Shown piece after piece: positions 36,421 through 50,089 of a stretch of 64,000 nt of DNA (position 1 is the first letter of the stretch; every line of letters begins with the position of its first letter). The notes below the pieces were generated by a model. The model was not told the DNA's origin and did no database searches. It saw only the letters and a program-made list of their open reading frames with translations. The translations under genes and the position numbers were made by a program. The stretch is from Octopus vulgaris (Eukaryota), in contig OX597838.1 of the NCBI GenBank assembly GCA_951406725.2, positions 34,162,001 to 34,226,000 on the forward strand, in the 5' to 3' direction.

Positions 36421-39400
36421 TTTAAACAATAACTGGTGTATATTCCTCCATTCGTTTTAGCTTCATCGGCCAATTCTATGCTGGGTCATAGTTAATATTT
36501 TTTTAGTATATATTTACACAAGTATCTGCTACACAGAAAACACTAAAATATCCAGTGTGTATATGTGTACATAAATTAAAAACTGTAATACACATTAGAC
36601 ACAACCCATTCTTTAATTATGTGGATACACTATACGCACTCAAGCGCAGTATATACATATTCATATACACGCTCGCACATTGTGCTTCGACTAGAACTCC
36701 GCCGTTTATGATATATACACACATTCATTAAACTTATTGCATACTCAGGCAGACAGTATATATAATATACACACGCTACCTGTGTCACTACATATATACA
36801 CTAAAACGTTGGTTGGGAAGTTTCGTGAACTTTATATATATATTCTCTTCTCACAACGGAACCAAGACCCAGCAGCCATTTTGTCTTGAAGACAAGAATA
36901 TCTTCTCTATACACACAAAAAAAGAGAAAAACCTATCAAATTGCCTTTGGAAAATATATTTTCTCACGTCTGTAAATCCTTCCCGACATTATGTCTGTCT
37001 GTTTATATTCTAATTTTTTTAATATAATCTAAATGGTAATTAAAAACCTTTTAAAATTTTAGTTAATGAAGCTATTTTAATAAATATGGTGTCAGATGCA
37101 ATCGATCTTTAGACAGTTCGCAGCAATCAGTTCAATGACCGATTCATTATCGATTTCTTTTACAAGACCACGTACACAACAAGAAAGCCCTCATATATTT
37201 ATTTATACAAACAATTGTGGGAATTCATAGCTTCTTGTTTCATTTTATTTCCTCGAGCAAGCAAGATCAACCTGTGCTGCGAGCCAGAATCGAAACCGGC
37301 TCCATATAATGTTTTCTATTAATCCTCATTATACTATAGACATTTTTTTAATATTTGTCCTCCATTTCGGCCGCAGATTGTTTACATTTTCAGAACTAGT
37401 CACCAAACTCTATTTCCGTTTGCTTTTAATTAAGATTTCACCCCCTTTCCCTCTAATTATTTTAATTAGAGCATCCGCCAACGAACTTGTTGAAATAGCA
37501 GTCCACTGTTTGTTTTATAAATAGTATTCGTGGCCCAAAATATATATACTTACTGCTGTTTAGAGAAAGAAATAAAAATTTTTTTAAATGGTCACGTTTG
37601 GAACTCCTTTAATTGTAAAGTCTGCTGGATCAGGTCTGACCGGAGGCTAAAAAAAGAAAACCCTACCCAACTCTTACTAGGGGAAAGATTGAAGGCCACC
37701 ACATCACGTTGCAATCGCCCTAAGAATAGTGTCAATAATTCAGCTAATTTCGCAAATCCTGGAAAATTAATTTTATGCAAGAAATAAAGTAAAATTAACC
37801 CCGAAGACAATAGGATTTAACGAACCTACATAGTCGCTAGAAATAGCAGTTAAATTGAGACTCCTCAAAATCTTGTAAATATATCCTTTTATTCAAGGTC
37901 TGACTGACCTAGGGCTAAATAACAGTTATTAATTAAATCAATACGCTAATGATAATCGATTAACCTCCCATTATCAAAGGCATCCCAGCCGTGACCATTT
38001 TATTTTTTTAGATCTGGCTGGTGTTTCTAGCAAGTCGTTACGTGGGTATGTTAGAGGCATATTATTAACCCACCACCACCGCTTTTTGCCTGCCTCGCCG
38101 CAGAGCAACTCAGCGAACTGGGTCACCATAATAAGTAAGCTATGCTGGTTGTTGCTGCCAATAAGGTCAGTCTAGTAGTATTCATCTTTAATATAAAAAG
38201 GCTTATGAACTAAAATACATATATAATGATGGCTATGTCTCAGCATGGCCCCAAATAGCGAAGTGGGCGCGCGTGTGTGTGTATATATATATATATACAT
38301 ACATACATATACACACACACACACACTAGTATGGAGTCAGAAGCCCAGCATTACTAAAAATAGCAGCTAAATCTCTTCTTGCAAATCGTTACTCTTTAAA
38401 TGAAGGTGAGGAGACGAGACAGCAAATGTAGTCCATAATAATGTTAAAAATAAAGACAGGATGGATGGTCACAATTGAAACGTCTATGAAAAGGGTGACA
38501 GTAGGGGGCTTAAAACAACCACAATTCATAAAGCTTTAGAAAATGAACGAAACGCCAAGTTTTCGTACAAACCCCCCACCACCACCAGCGGTTACTATAT
38601 CTTAAGGAAAAGAGGTGGAGGTGCATTAAAATGAAAAAAAAAATACGAAGTCCAAGGCTTTATTGTTGCCATGCTAGCTAAACTCGACTATTTGGATGGG
38701 TTGGGGGGAGAGAATCCACACCAACTGGCTTTAATAGCTACTTCTCTCATTCATTTTCTTCCTCTTCCCACCCCTCTCTAAGCCTTCATTTATATATATA
38801 TACTCTCTACACGATACAGTGCTATATACTTTCCTCTTGTCATCATAGCAGCAGTAGCCTTAGTCAGTTGCTATGTTGTTTGTTAGTTGGCAACTGGGGG
38901 GCTTCTTTCTACTGAAGAAGCACAATAACATCCAGACATCATTTAAAGAAGCAACCAACCTCACCTCCATTCAGTCGGCCTTCGCTCATCTCCTCCCCAC
39001 CGCAACCACCAACATCACTGCTACTAATTTCTCCTCATTAACACATTCACTTAGTTCAAGCACACCATTATACTAATAAAAATCCACCATATCTCCTTGG
39101 CTGTGATCCAGTCGACCTGTGACTAGAAATACGTGCCACCCGTGACTATACCGAGACATCCATGCTCCCTAGTCGTCGAGGGAGATTATCTTCGTAGCTC
39201 AAGCCCGTGACCGTTATGGTAGATCACAGAAAAACAATTGAATTTAATGTTATATATACATATATATATACCTACACTAACTTGAATCTAGCTCTCTCTC
39301 CTTCCATGATCCGGTTTATCCAGTACTCAGCGACATGTCTATATATACTCACACCTTCCTACTCTCCCTCCAACTCCTGCTGCTACCATCTGCCAATTCA

Positions 39401-40054
39401 TATTTTAGCAACTCCCACTCCAGTGGATCCAAGGTTTTTAGTCCAGACCATTCATTCACCCCATACCATTATCCCCCCCCCCCCCCATCAAAATCCTATT
39501 TTGTCTTGCGTGACGTCACCACCAACCAACATGTAAAGGCCCCACCTCCAATGCACAAGACACTCCTATTAGGAGCATGTACACAAAACTACTGCAACCA
39601 GCTATGAGGGGAAGCCTTCTACGGTGGTCACTCGACGTGCAGAAAATAACAGCTGATTCCTACGTAAACTTCCAGTTATGCCCTCACGCAGATAGTCGTG
39701 ATCGGGCTTTGGAAAATACGGGAAACCGAAATGTAGCTTAGATGTATTTTAATCAAGCCATCGCTGCAGCTGCAGTCATTTACCACTAATCTAACCTTAA
39801 ACCGACGTTCCTGTCGTGGCAAACACGGCTGTTACTCTCCTTAAAGATTCGAATATATATGACTGGGTTGAATGACTTACGAACGCATTTATGGTTAATC
39901 AATAATGGATCGATCAGTATCAAACCAAAATATTTGACTGGTACTTACTTGTCTGCGATAAATGCTTCCCAAAGCAAAATACTAACCCAAACCCTTTGTC
40001 TCATCTCGTCATCCAGCCAAATAATCCGCTTTCTCCTTCTGTCAACCAAAACAG

Positions 40055-40445
40055 GTTTGCAGCCATGTCAACAGCAAAGAAAACAGCAGCAGCAGACAGT
40101 CTTACGGAACCAGTGAAATTCTCGCAGAGTAAAGCTGCCTCCTGGAAATCTTTGGACACATTCAAGAAGCCACACGGCGACCGACTCAAAATCGAACCCT
40201 TCGTCGTGTCGTTCAGCATCTCCGTGCTCCTCATATATTTCGCTTTCTTAAGGGAAGAGAACGATCTGGACTTGGAAATGGACAAGACCCTGTACGAGAG
40301 GATCCCTGCCTTGGAGAAGACTCAGTTGCAGATGCAGATCCAACAGAACAAAAAGCAGGGCATAGAGAGTGCAGCATTACAGAAACGACTGCAAGAAGTA
40401 GAAGCAGTAATTAAGAAACGAAAGTCATTATCACCCAACCAATAA
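40055..40445 (+). CDS. UQCC4: UQCC4/CCSMST1 (C16orf91)-like ubiquinol-cytochrome c reductase assembly factor, main exon
   Basis: EPVKFSQSKAASW, a single TM helix (PFVVSFSISVLLIYFAFL) and LREENDLD recall the CCSMST1 family; acceptor ttctccttct..acag at 40054; fallback ATG at 40065. Confidence 0.8.
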
Positions 40446-40446
40446 A
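40441..40446 (+). terminator. AATAAA polyadenylation signal overlapping the stop codon
   Basis: CAA TAA A; GT-rich gtgttttggttt ~25 nt downstream. Confidence 0.55.
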
Positions 40447-40783
40447 TTATTGTTTAAACTTACCACATCCGTGTTTTGGTTTATTCATTATTTAGGGCCT
40501 TTACCTCAACAGTTAGTCTAGGGCGACACTCTAACCCTAGGAATTTGAATCAACGGCCCAGTCACTGGAAAAAGGAGGGTCGGGGGTTATATAGCTAGTA
40601 ATGAATGAAATTAGCTCCTGGGCCATGTCATATCTCCCCACTGCTAGCACACGGGTTTTGTTAAAAGACGGTGGGAAAAAGTGACAACGTTCAGGGTGAA
40701 ATCCTTACAAAAGCAATATTTTAGAAATTGGCAGTAAAAACACAATCCAAGACTTATATGTACAGTGTATGGACCAAAAAACT

Positions 40784-40789
40784 TTTATT
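40784..40789 (-). terminator. Candidate H3.3 polyadenylation signal
   Basis: AATAAA on minus strand ~870 nt after the stop; a second one at 40480-40485. Confidence 0.5.
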
Positions 40790-41662
40790 ATGAAGCTATA
40801 GTGAGATGCAGTACAGTGAATGTAAAGAGACAAGGACAAAAAAGTGGGGTGTACAATTTTAAATTAGTTGTGGAGAGGGGGAGAGAGCGAGCAAGGTTGG
40901 GTGGGATAATAGTGTGTAAAGATGATGGTGGAGTCTAGAGACTCCTTTCGGGGGGGAAAAGGATGTAACTTTTTCCTTAGAGAAAAAAATGTAGACTAAC
41001 TTAAAATAGGTTGCTCTTATTTGGGGGGAGAGGGTCTAAAATGGAGCGGGGAGAAGGGATTAGCAAAAAGGGCGTAGTCAAGGGAGGGCTGTTTGTAAAC
41101 AAGACCCCAAGACATATTACACACTAAGTTGGAATGGGGGAGGTACATTAAAATGATAGGAAAATATAAAAACAAAAATAAACGACTCCAATGGAATAAA
41201 TAAAACCCCAAGTTTCCTTTGACCCTCAAATTTTTTCTTCCAATGTAAATTTCAAAACACTGATGGAGGTTTTTTTTTTTACGTGAAGAGTGAAGGAGGA
41301 GGAGGAGGAAGAGGAAAACAAACCTCATGGGACACGGGGGGGGGGTGGAGAGGGGGAAGATGGCGGCGACAGAGGAAGCTTGGACAAAAAAAGAAACGAA
41401 AATACATCTTTCCAAAATAATTATACCAATGGTCTACATGGTCTTTATAAAAAAGTTTTATGTCCTAATATGAAATATTACAAAATGATGACATGAAAAT
41501 GGTACTTGTATTCATATTATTATTATTAATGGTCAGTAATATATGAGAGAGAAAGATAGAGTTGTGTGAAGAGTGGCGTGTTTTTTTTTTGTATTTTTCT
41601 TGTATACAATTGGTGTGATTAAGTGGTGTGTTGGTTGGGGCAAAGGTAGTAGTGTGGTGTTT

Positions 41663-41851
<189 letters not shown>

Positions 41852-42413
41852 TCAACATCACAATCTAATAAATACTTTTAATTATCACAAGTTCTTGGGT
41901 TGAAATGCATAAAAAGAAAATGTGAAACCCCAACTAAAGACTTCACAATTTACTAAACAAGACATCACATTCGTTTCCTCTCCCTCCAGCAAACTATCGC
42001 AAATAATAATTACACAACGAATCAGGCAGAAGAAAGTTAGCATTAAAAAGGAACAAATGTAATTAAATCTAAACAATATGTAGACATACAGTCTACATCA
42101 TGACTTTCTGATGATATGTGTATAGTTTCGTTCATTAAACCAACGGCAAAATGTAGTCACACCAAAATTACTTGATAATTACATCTCGCAAGCAACGAAA
42201 AATATTTTTAAAACCCGTCAGAATTCATCTTCAATAGTTTATAATTGTTCGAAACACCGATCGTTGTACACCGATGTCGCTACAATTTCCACGTTAAATT
42301 TCACACCTGATTTTTACCTGTGTTGTGTGTGCGTATCTATGTGCATACACACACGCACATATATATATATACGTGTATATACATACACAATAACAAAAAG
42401 CCGTCCGCCTTAC

Positions 42414-42695
42414 CTGTAGAGCACCGATGGCAGCACTCTGGAAACGCAGATCCGTTTTGAAATCCTGTGCGATTTCTCGAACCAAACGCTGGAATGGCAA
42501 CTTCCTGATGAGCAACTCGGTGGACTTCTGGTAACGTCTGATCTCTCTCAGAGCGACGGTACCAGGCCTGTAACGATGGGGCTTCTTCACGCCACCTGTA
42601 GACGGCGCACTCTTTCTGGCAGCCTTGGTGGCCAGCTGCTTCCTCGGAGCTTTACCTCCGGTAGACTTACGAGCGGTCTGCTTTGTACGAGCCAT
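42414..42695 (-). CDS. H3.3: Histone H3.3, coding exon 1 (M-Q93)
   Basis: Diagnostic S31 and A87-A-I89-G90; donor CAG|GTAAGG; 622-bp phase-0 intron. Confidence 0.98.
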
Positions 42696-42790
42696 TAGTG
42701 ATTATCCTTTTTTTTTTTGTGTATTTCTTTATTAATCGTCGTCGTCCCTTTCAGAAGAACTGCTGCGGCTGCAATGAAACAAACACATAC

Positions 42791-42852
42791 ACTGACTCGT
42801 TGCGCGCACAGCGTGGCGGGTTTATATAGCAACTGGTCCTCGGCGCATGCGC
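42791..42852 (-). promoter_or_regulatory. Proximal H3.3 promoter candidate (NRF1 site, TATA, Inr)
   Basis: GCGCATGCGC 42843-42852; TATATAAA 42828-42821; TCAGT 42795-42791. Confidence 0.6.
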
Positions 42853-44575
42853 ACTGGACAGACTAAACAATGGCAAAGAGGAAAGACAAGGATACTAAAC
42901 CATAACTAGCTTCGATATATATATATTCTCATCTATTAATATACATACATATAATATATACACCATCATATACACATATTTATACTTGATGTTCAATCAT
43001 CAACGTTTAATATACACAATTTTCAACCTTCAGATACCATTTTTTTGTTTTAAATTAATAAATCGTCAGCCCATTAGGAATATTTATAATAATCCACGAA
43101 TTGAAATGTAACATGGAGCAATGGCGATTTCAAAATGGTTATCAAGTCTTCTTAGGTTCATTCGATTTTCAAAGGAGCCATTATTTCCCCCAAACCATGC
43201 AACACATCAAGTAACCAAAATTTTGCGTTTTACATTAAAATTTTAAAATTCACGCAATTACAAAAAAAAAAAAAATAAAAAAAAATTTTTTTTTTTTTTA
43301 AATTCTATTTTTCAATTTATAAATTAATATAATTTAAAATTGTGTCGAGAACTATGATTATGATAGGATATGATAAAAAGCCCCCTAAATAAAAACTACA
43401 AAATCCTTTGCTAAAAAAATAGCTCTAAACCTAAGAGCATAAAAAAAAAATGCTTGAAAGGACGAAAAGGAAAAAATATTAGACAATATGGCTTCGGTTT
43501 ATTATAGTGGGAGGTCGAGCAAAAGGAGAGAAAAAAATCGTTAGGACTTAAGAGAAGAAAAAAGAAATTCCTAATTTCACATCTGGCTCGTCGATTTTCT
43601 AACAAACTAAGTCAAAATTCACAAATTCTGCCTTAAAAAAAAATAAATATATATATACATATATATATGCTTAATCTCTAAGAAATCTCTTACATATGAC
43701 TCGATAATTATACACGACATGGGGCTTTTATTTAATTACAAGAGACGAAAGCGTTTCTCAGATATTTTCTTCGTGGAAACGCTTTTATTTTTCCTCGAAG
43801 AAATGATAAAAATATTAGAATTATAATATAATAAACATTGTGGAGAAAAGGCAAGAGGGGAATTGAAAAAAAATTAAGGTGAACAACAAGAACGGAGGAG
43901 ATATTGAGCGACGACCGACCTAGTTTTATGAAAAAGGCTTGCTTTTTTTTTTTTCTTTTTAAAAGAAAGAAAGGAATATCTTCGACTTCTTCTATAAATA
44001 GTCAACAACAACGACTGCTGCAGCAGCAAGCAGGCACCATTTCTCTCTCACCAAAAGATATTCTATGGAGAAATTGGTCAGAGAAATATATATATAGAGA
44101 GGTCTGGTTAAGAGTTGGGAAAAAATACACCATGATGTTACGTATAGATAAATAAATATTGGCTTTTTTTTTTAAATTCTAGTGTGGAGTGGGTTAAATC
44201 AAATAATAATAATAAAGAAGCGAGTGGAGCGAGGAGAAACTGACTGCAGCGGTTCTCATGACTATAAACAACAATCAATATGGCGGGAGTCGCACGGAAA
44301 GCACCAACTCTTGAGCTTCAACAACAATATTTCTCAACTTTGGGCCGATTTTTTCTTACGAAGAAAGACTTAAAAAATGACCGTGACCCCAGGGGAGCAA
44401 TTTTCGGACATTCTACATGGCGAAACGAAGTAAATACAAACAAAAGCTACTTACATTATTTCCTGGGATAGAAATTATAGATTCAAAGTCAAAGTACAAC
44501 CTCGAAGAATACAACCTTAATAGATAGAATAGCTCATTAGCGTTAAGACCATGTGATGTTACGTAGGAGAACGTC

Positions 44576-44698
44576 ATTGGATAAGCTATTCGGCTTCCGA
44601 TTGGTTATCAAGCGACCCATTTCATTGGACAGTTTAAGAAATAACACGCATTGACGATTGGATAGAAATTGGCGCTTTTCATTGGTGGAGTATATTGG
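44576..44698 (-). promoter_or_regulatory. Array of seven CCAAT boxes
   Basis: ATTGG at 44576, 44600, 44624, 44657, 44668, 44681 and 44694, all in the same orientation. Confidence 0.65.
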
Positions 44699-46216
44699 CA
44701 ACCGCTTGAGCCGATATTTCTTAATTTTTTAAAACAGTAGACGTCAAAATACTTTATTTCTAAGAAGTGAATTCATCTGCTTCCTTGAGCATTTCACAAA
44801 TGTCTTCAGAAACGAACATTTATTTACAGAAAAATTTTTTTTTTTAATAAGAGACAATTAGCCATACTTACACATTTCCCTAAGTTTTTATTTATTCTCA
44901 ACATACGTAAATCTCTGAACAACATTTGTTACAGAAGGAAATTTGCTATATAATGAACATATTTTCGGTAAAGATAAATCAGATACCAAATATGCTAGAA
45001 CATATGTGACAACACATTTGAAAATAAATTACAGATCCGGAAATATTAATTATATAATGATATTAAATATTTCCCAAAATAACTATCTTTAAACAGTATA
45101 ATTTATTGGTTTTCACACACTATCTGTAAACTAAAACTTTTTCAAAGTTTAAATTTGTTGCAATATACAACCCACATGCTTTTGCAAATAGGCGATCGGT
45201 CGACCAAATTTCACACCAATTGCACAGAAAAGATAAATGATATCCTGAATACATTTTTATGCTATTTTATTAGTATCAGGCTCTGGGCTGTAGTCTTATT
45301 GGAACACAAAAATGTCAAAGGCGAGAGTTGGATTAAAGATCCTGGGCCAGGTTGATCACAGCTGACTTGAACTTAAGCTACACAAGCCTCTACATGGTGG
45401 GTCACATAACCTGCTGTAAATAACTGAATCTTCCTTAAATCATATCCCTTTATCTCAAAATAGGATGGTCATATTAGATAAAGTAATCATAAATATACTA
45501 TGTCCGAATATAGACGAGATGGTCACAGTTAGAAGGACTCTAGGTTAAACAAGAACCCATAAGAGTTTGAGCCAACGAGAGCAACTAAGTGGTCATCTGA
45601 CTTGCTAGAAATAGAAGTCTCTGACAATTACACCATGCCTTAAAAACAAGAAAAGTGTTTTATAAATACTTTAATACATTTCCTGTTTTAAGCAAGTGGT
45701 ATTGTTGTTAGGAGACTTAACGTCTCTTGAAAATAAATACATTTAAAACTTCACACACTGCTATTTTTGCTAGACATACAAGTACCAACCAGCCGGTGGT
45801 CAGTTAAGTCACCCAACTAATAGAGCTCATCCAATGTTTTGCTGGCAAATTTCACTGATGATGACTAAGTTTGACCAGAAACATGCAGTAAGATCAAACT
45901 TGGAACTATAAAACTGCAAATCAAATTTCTTAATCCCATGACCGCGCCTGCTGTGAAGATTTGTTTAAAAACTATTTTGCGAGGGGAATTAGGAAATTCC
46001 AGGCATAGAAGCTCAACCTTGAAGTGAGAGCTCTTAAGAAATACTTAGAAAAGACAAAGGATTTTATAAGTAAAAAGGGAAGAGGCTCATGGTATCAAAG
46101 AAAAGGCCTTGCTCAATATGTAGAAAATGAATACGTATAAATTGCATGTGTTGTTCCGCTTGTAAGCTATGGACACACGTGTGGTGGAATCATAGACAGG
46201 CTAACAGAGAACATAA

Positions 46217-46941
46217 ACTGCGTGGCATCTTGGGCAAGTGTCTTCTACTATAGCCTCGGGCCGACCAAAGCCTTGTGAGTGGATTTGGTAGACGGAAACT
46301 GAAAGAAGCCCGTCGTATATATGTAGATGAACATCAATGGAATTTGTATCTTTGTGGTACCAGTGCCGGTGGCACGTGGCACACAAGAAAACCATCCGAA
46401 CGTGGCCGTAGCCAGTACCGCATCGACTGGCCTCCGTGCTGTGGGCACGTAACAAACACCATCCGATCGTGGTCGTTTGCCAGCCTCATCTGGCACCTGT
46501 GTCGGTGGCACATAAAAAACACCATCCGAGCGTGGCCGTTTGCCAGCCTCGTCTGGCACTTGTGTCGGTGGCACATAAAATCACCCACTACACTCTCGGA
46601 GTGGTTGGCGTTAGGAAGGGCATCCAGCTGTAGAAACACTGCCAGATCTGACTGGACTGGTGCAGCTTTCGGGCTCCCCAGACCCCAGTTGAACCGTCCA
46701 ACCCATGCTAGCATGGAAAGCGGACGTTAAATGATGATGATGATGATGATATATATATATGTGTGTGTGTTTGACAACCGATGCTGGTGTGTTTACGTCC
46801 CTGTCACTTAGCGGTTCGGCAAAAGAGACCGATAGAATAAGTACTGGGCTTACAAAGAATAAGTCCCGGGGTTGATTTGCTCGACTAAAGGTGGTGCTCC
46901 AGCATGGCTGCAGTCAAATGACTGAAACAAGTAAAAGAGTA
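46217..46941 (+). mobile_element. SINE A interrupted by an RTE-1 3' UTR copy (46335-46750) with 4 tandem modules
   Basis: SINE halves flank the LINE tail at the internal (TA)n. Confidence 0.85.
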
Positions 46942-47278
46942 AATTAAGAAAAGGTTGGAGAAAGTTCAGGGACCGACTACCACTGTTGGCAACAGAGATC
47001 TTTTCCCTCGGAGTGAAAAAGCAGATTGTAAGATGCTTGTATTAGAACTGCAATGCAACATGATAGTGAGGCAGGCCTTGAATGTTGAGGACTTGAGAAA
47101 ACTGGGAAGAAATGAACCCAGTGTGCTCCACTGAATGTGAATGATCCTGACCGACATATTACAAATGTGCTGGTAGAAAAATTGGCAAAAGAGAAATCAG
47201 ATGCAGTGTGCAAAAAAAGAAGGCTACACTGGTATAGATACATGATGCTATGGATGAGGACAACTGTATAAAGAAATG

Positions 47279-47962
47279 CCATCCAACCAAAGTACAAATA
47301 TATGGGAAACTACCACCTGTGTCATCTCTTGTGAAAGGTAGGAGAGTCCAGTTTGCTGGACGTTGTTGCAGAGCTGAAAATGAGGTAATTTCTACTCTTC
47401 TCCTCTGGAAGCCATCTGCTCGCGATACCAGAGGGCGCACACTCTCCTACCCTGATGTAATCTCCAGGGATACAGGCATCCAGCAACAGGACCTCCGTAA
47501 TGCTATGATGGACCGTGAAGTCTGGCCTAGCATAGTAAATTCCATTGTCTCGACCACTGTCGAACAATGATGATGTATGTATGTATGTTATCAAAGAAGC
47601 TTGAGAGGCGGTTGGATGGAACCTACACTCGCCTCCTTATGAGAGCTCAAAATCTCTCGTGGAAGCGTCATCCAACCAAAGTACAAATATATGGGAAATT
47701 ACCACCTGTATCATCTCTTGTGAAAGGTAGAAGAGTCCAGTTTGCTGGACGTTGTTGCAGAGCTGAAAACGAGGTAATTTCTACTCTTCTCCTCTGGAAG
47801 CCATCTGCTCGCAATACCAGAGGGCGCACACTCTCCTACCCTCGTGTAATCTCCAGGGATACAGGCATCCAGCAACAGGACCTCCGTAATGCTATGATGG
47901 ACCGTGAGGTCTGGCGTAACAGTAAATTTCATTGTCTTGACCACAGTCGAACAATGATGATG
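47279..47962 (+). mobile_element. Two tandem RTE-2 3' ends inserted in a decayed RTE-1 C-terminal fragment
   Basis: 47279-47575 and 47585-47962; flanks encode MDEDNCIKKC and RRGRPRKT. Confidence 0.85.
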
Positions 47963-48120
47963 AATATGGATAGAGCTTGCAGAAGAGGAAGACCTAGAAA
48001 GACATGAGATGAAGAGGTGAAGTCTGGTCCCATGAGTTTGAGCTTCACAGAAAAGATGACTGGTGATATGCGGTTCTCAAGAAGACTCAACTAAACCAAG
48101 TTCAGGGAAGCATTGTGTAT

Positions 48121-48480
48121 ACTCTTTTACTTGTTTCAGTCATTTGACTGCGGTCATGCTGGAGCACCGCCTTCAGTCAAGCAAATTGACTAAGTACTTA
48201 TTCTATCGGTCTCTTTTGCCGAACCGCTAAGTGACGGGGACGTAAACACACCAGCATCAGTTGTCAAGCAATGCTAGGGGGACAAACACGCACACATACA
48301 TACATATACATATATACGACAGGCTTCTTTCAGTTTCCGTCTACCAAATCCACTCACAAGGCATTGGTCGGCCCGGGGCTATAGCAGAAGACACTTGCCC
48401 AAGATGCCACGCAGCGGGACTGAACCCGGAACCATGTGGTTGGTAAACAAGCTACTTACCACACAGCCACTCCTGCGCCT
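48121..48480 (-). mobile_element. SINE family A
   Basis: Homology to family copies. Confidence 0.9.
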
Positions 48481-49861
48481 ATGTGCGTGTTTATGCATAA
48501 CTGGGCCCTTTGCCCTTTCCTCCTCAAGACACCTCCCCATCACTTCTATAACAGCAGCTTTTCCTTGACACCAATAATCTTTCTCACTACATGGAACAGT
48601 TTCACTTGATATCCATCTCTCATGCTTAATACTGCCCCACTCCACACTGATCAACCCCTTTGGCCACCAGATTATCTCTCCTCCTTCTCTACCACCATAG
48701 ATCTCATTCTTCCCATGCACTACACCTGCCTCTCTCTCTCTCTCTCCTCCCACTCTTAAAACTTACCCAACCACATTTCATCTCTCCTCTATCTACTGTA
48801 TCATCATTATTATTCTGCTGCTCTTCCTCTCCATTCATCATCTGTCAACCATACCACTTATCCACCATTCCACTGTGTCTAATCTCTACAATTTTCACCT
48901 ACTCTTCCCTATTTATCATACCTCAATAGCTGTTCTTCATTCATTACGTTCACCCTTTCACCCATTCCCATCTCTCACTCTACCCACACACACTCCTATT
49001 TCTTCTGTCCCACTCACTTTTTACCTTGCACGTCCACCCAGACATCTCATCACCACTATCTTCATCACTTCCCAGCTAGACCCCCAGTTATCTGCGCCTT
49101 CTCTTCTAAAACAGAGTAGCCACGTAACTCTTCTACAGCGGAAAAAAACAAAAAAACCCTAATCTCTACTGAGCCCTTCTCTTGTATTTTGACCCCCATT
49201 CCTTGGGGGTCATAGTCTTTCCAGCTGAATGGTAACCTCACTTGTGCTGGTGACAAAAAAAAAAAAAGAACCCTTCCCCGTACATGCTGTACAGTGGTTG
49301 GCATTAGGAAGAGCATCCAACTAGAGAAATCATACCAAAGTAAACAGTGTAGTATGTCACAGTCCTTGAGCTCCTCATGGATCCTATCACACAATGCAAC
49401 CCAAATGGAACATCATCGTCATTTGATATCCACTTTTCCATGCTTGCATGGGTTGGAGAGAATTTGTTGAGACCAAAACTTTCTGTGGCTGGATTCACTT
49501 TCTGTTGCCAACCCTCACCTGTTTCCAGGTAAGGTGAGGTAATATTCCCCATAACATGACATGCTTTCACAGAAGATTGGAAACAAAGGACACTACTTTA
49601 CCACTATCACATGATTTCAAGGCAAGGAGACAGTATCATACACACTTGTTTATATATATAGTAAAAGACACTTGCCCAGGGTGCCAGGAAAGTTGGACTG
49701 AAACTGAAAACATGTGGTTGGGAAGCAAACCTCTTACCACAAAGCAACACCTGTTTGAATTTCAACTTAAGAAGTACTGTGCAGACCTTGCTATTACCAT
49801 CATCGAAATCGAAAACACATTCACCGACAGGCATCCATGCTAGTGAAGTGCTAAGAGTACC

Positions 49862-50077
49862 TATTTCTTTACTATCCACAAGGGGCTAAACACAGAGGGG
49901 ACAGACATAGGTATTAAGTCGATTACATCGACCTCAGTGCGTAACTGGTACTTATTTAATCGACCCCAAAAGGATGAAAGGCAAGGTCAACCTCGGTGGA
50001 ATTTGAAAACGTAAAGGCAGATGAAATACTGCTAAGCATTCCACCCGGCGCGCTAACGTTTCTGCCAGCTCGCCGCT
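49862..50077 (-). mobile_element. SINE family B
   Basis: Homology to family copies; gtgctaagagtacc duplicated on both sides. Confidence 0.85.
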
Positions 50078-50089
50078 TTAGAGTGCTAA

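Noticed and set aside
39996-40054. TTG-initiated N-terminus MSHLVIQPNN of the 149-aa ORF
   Set aside because: Non-ATG start in a eukaryote; the segment looks like a polypyrimidine tract and acceptor
41560-41662. Replication-dependent histone stem-loop or histone cluster
   Set aside because: No stem-loop after the stop and no other histone genes; intron and AATAAA indicate the replacement type
42294-42413. C-terminal VRRTAFCYC.. of the 133-aa H3 ORF as a novel H3 variant
   Set aside because: Readthrough into the intron; the true exon 2 at 41791-41663 completes a standard H3.3
46362-46585. Repeat-spacer look of RTE 3' UTR modules (CRISPR/attC-like)
   Set aside because: Whole units are homologous with no unique spacers, there is no cas or integrase gene, and the context is a eukaryotic LINE
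48500-49130. Pyrimidine-rich ORFs (48660-48929, 48875-49162)
   Set aside because: Low-complexity CT-rich sequence with no recognisable domain
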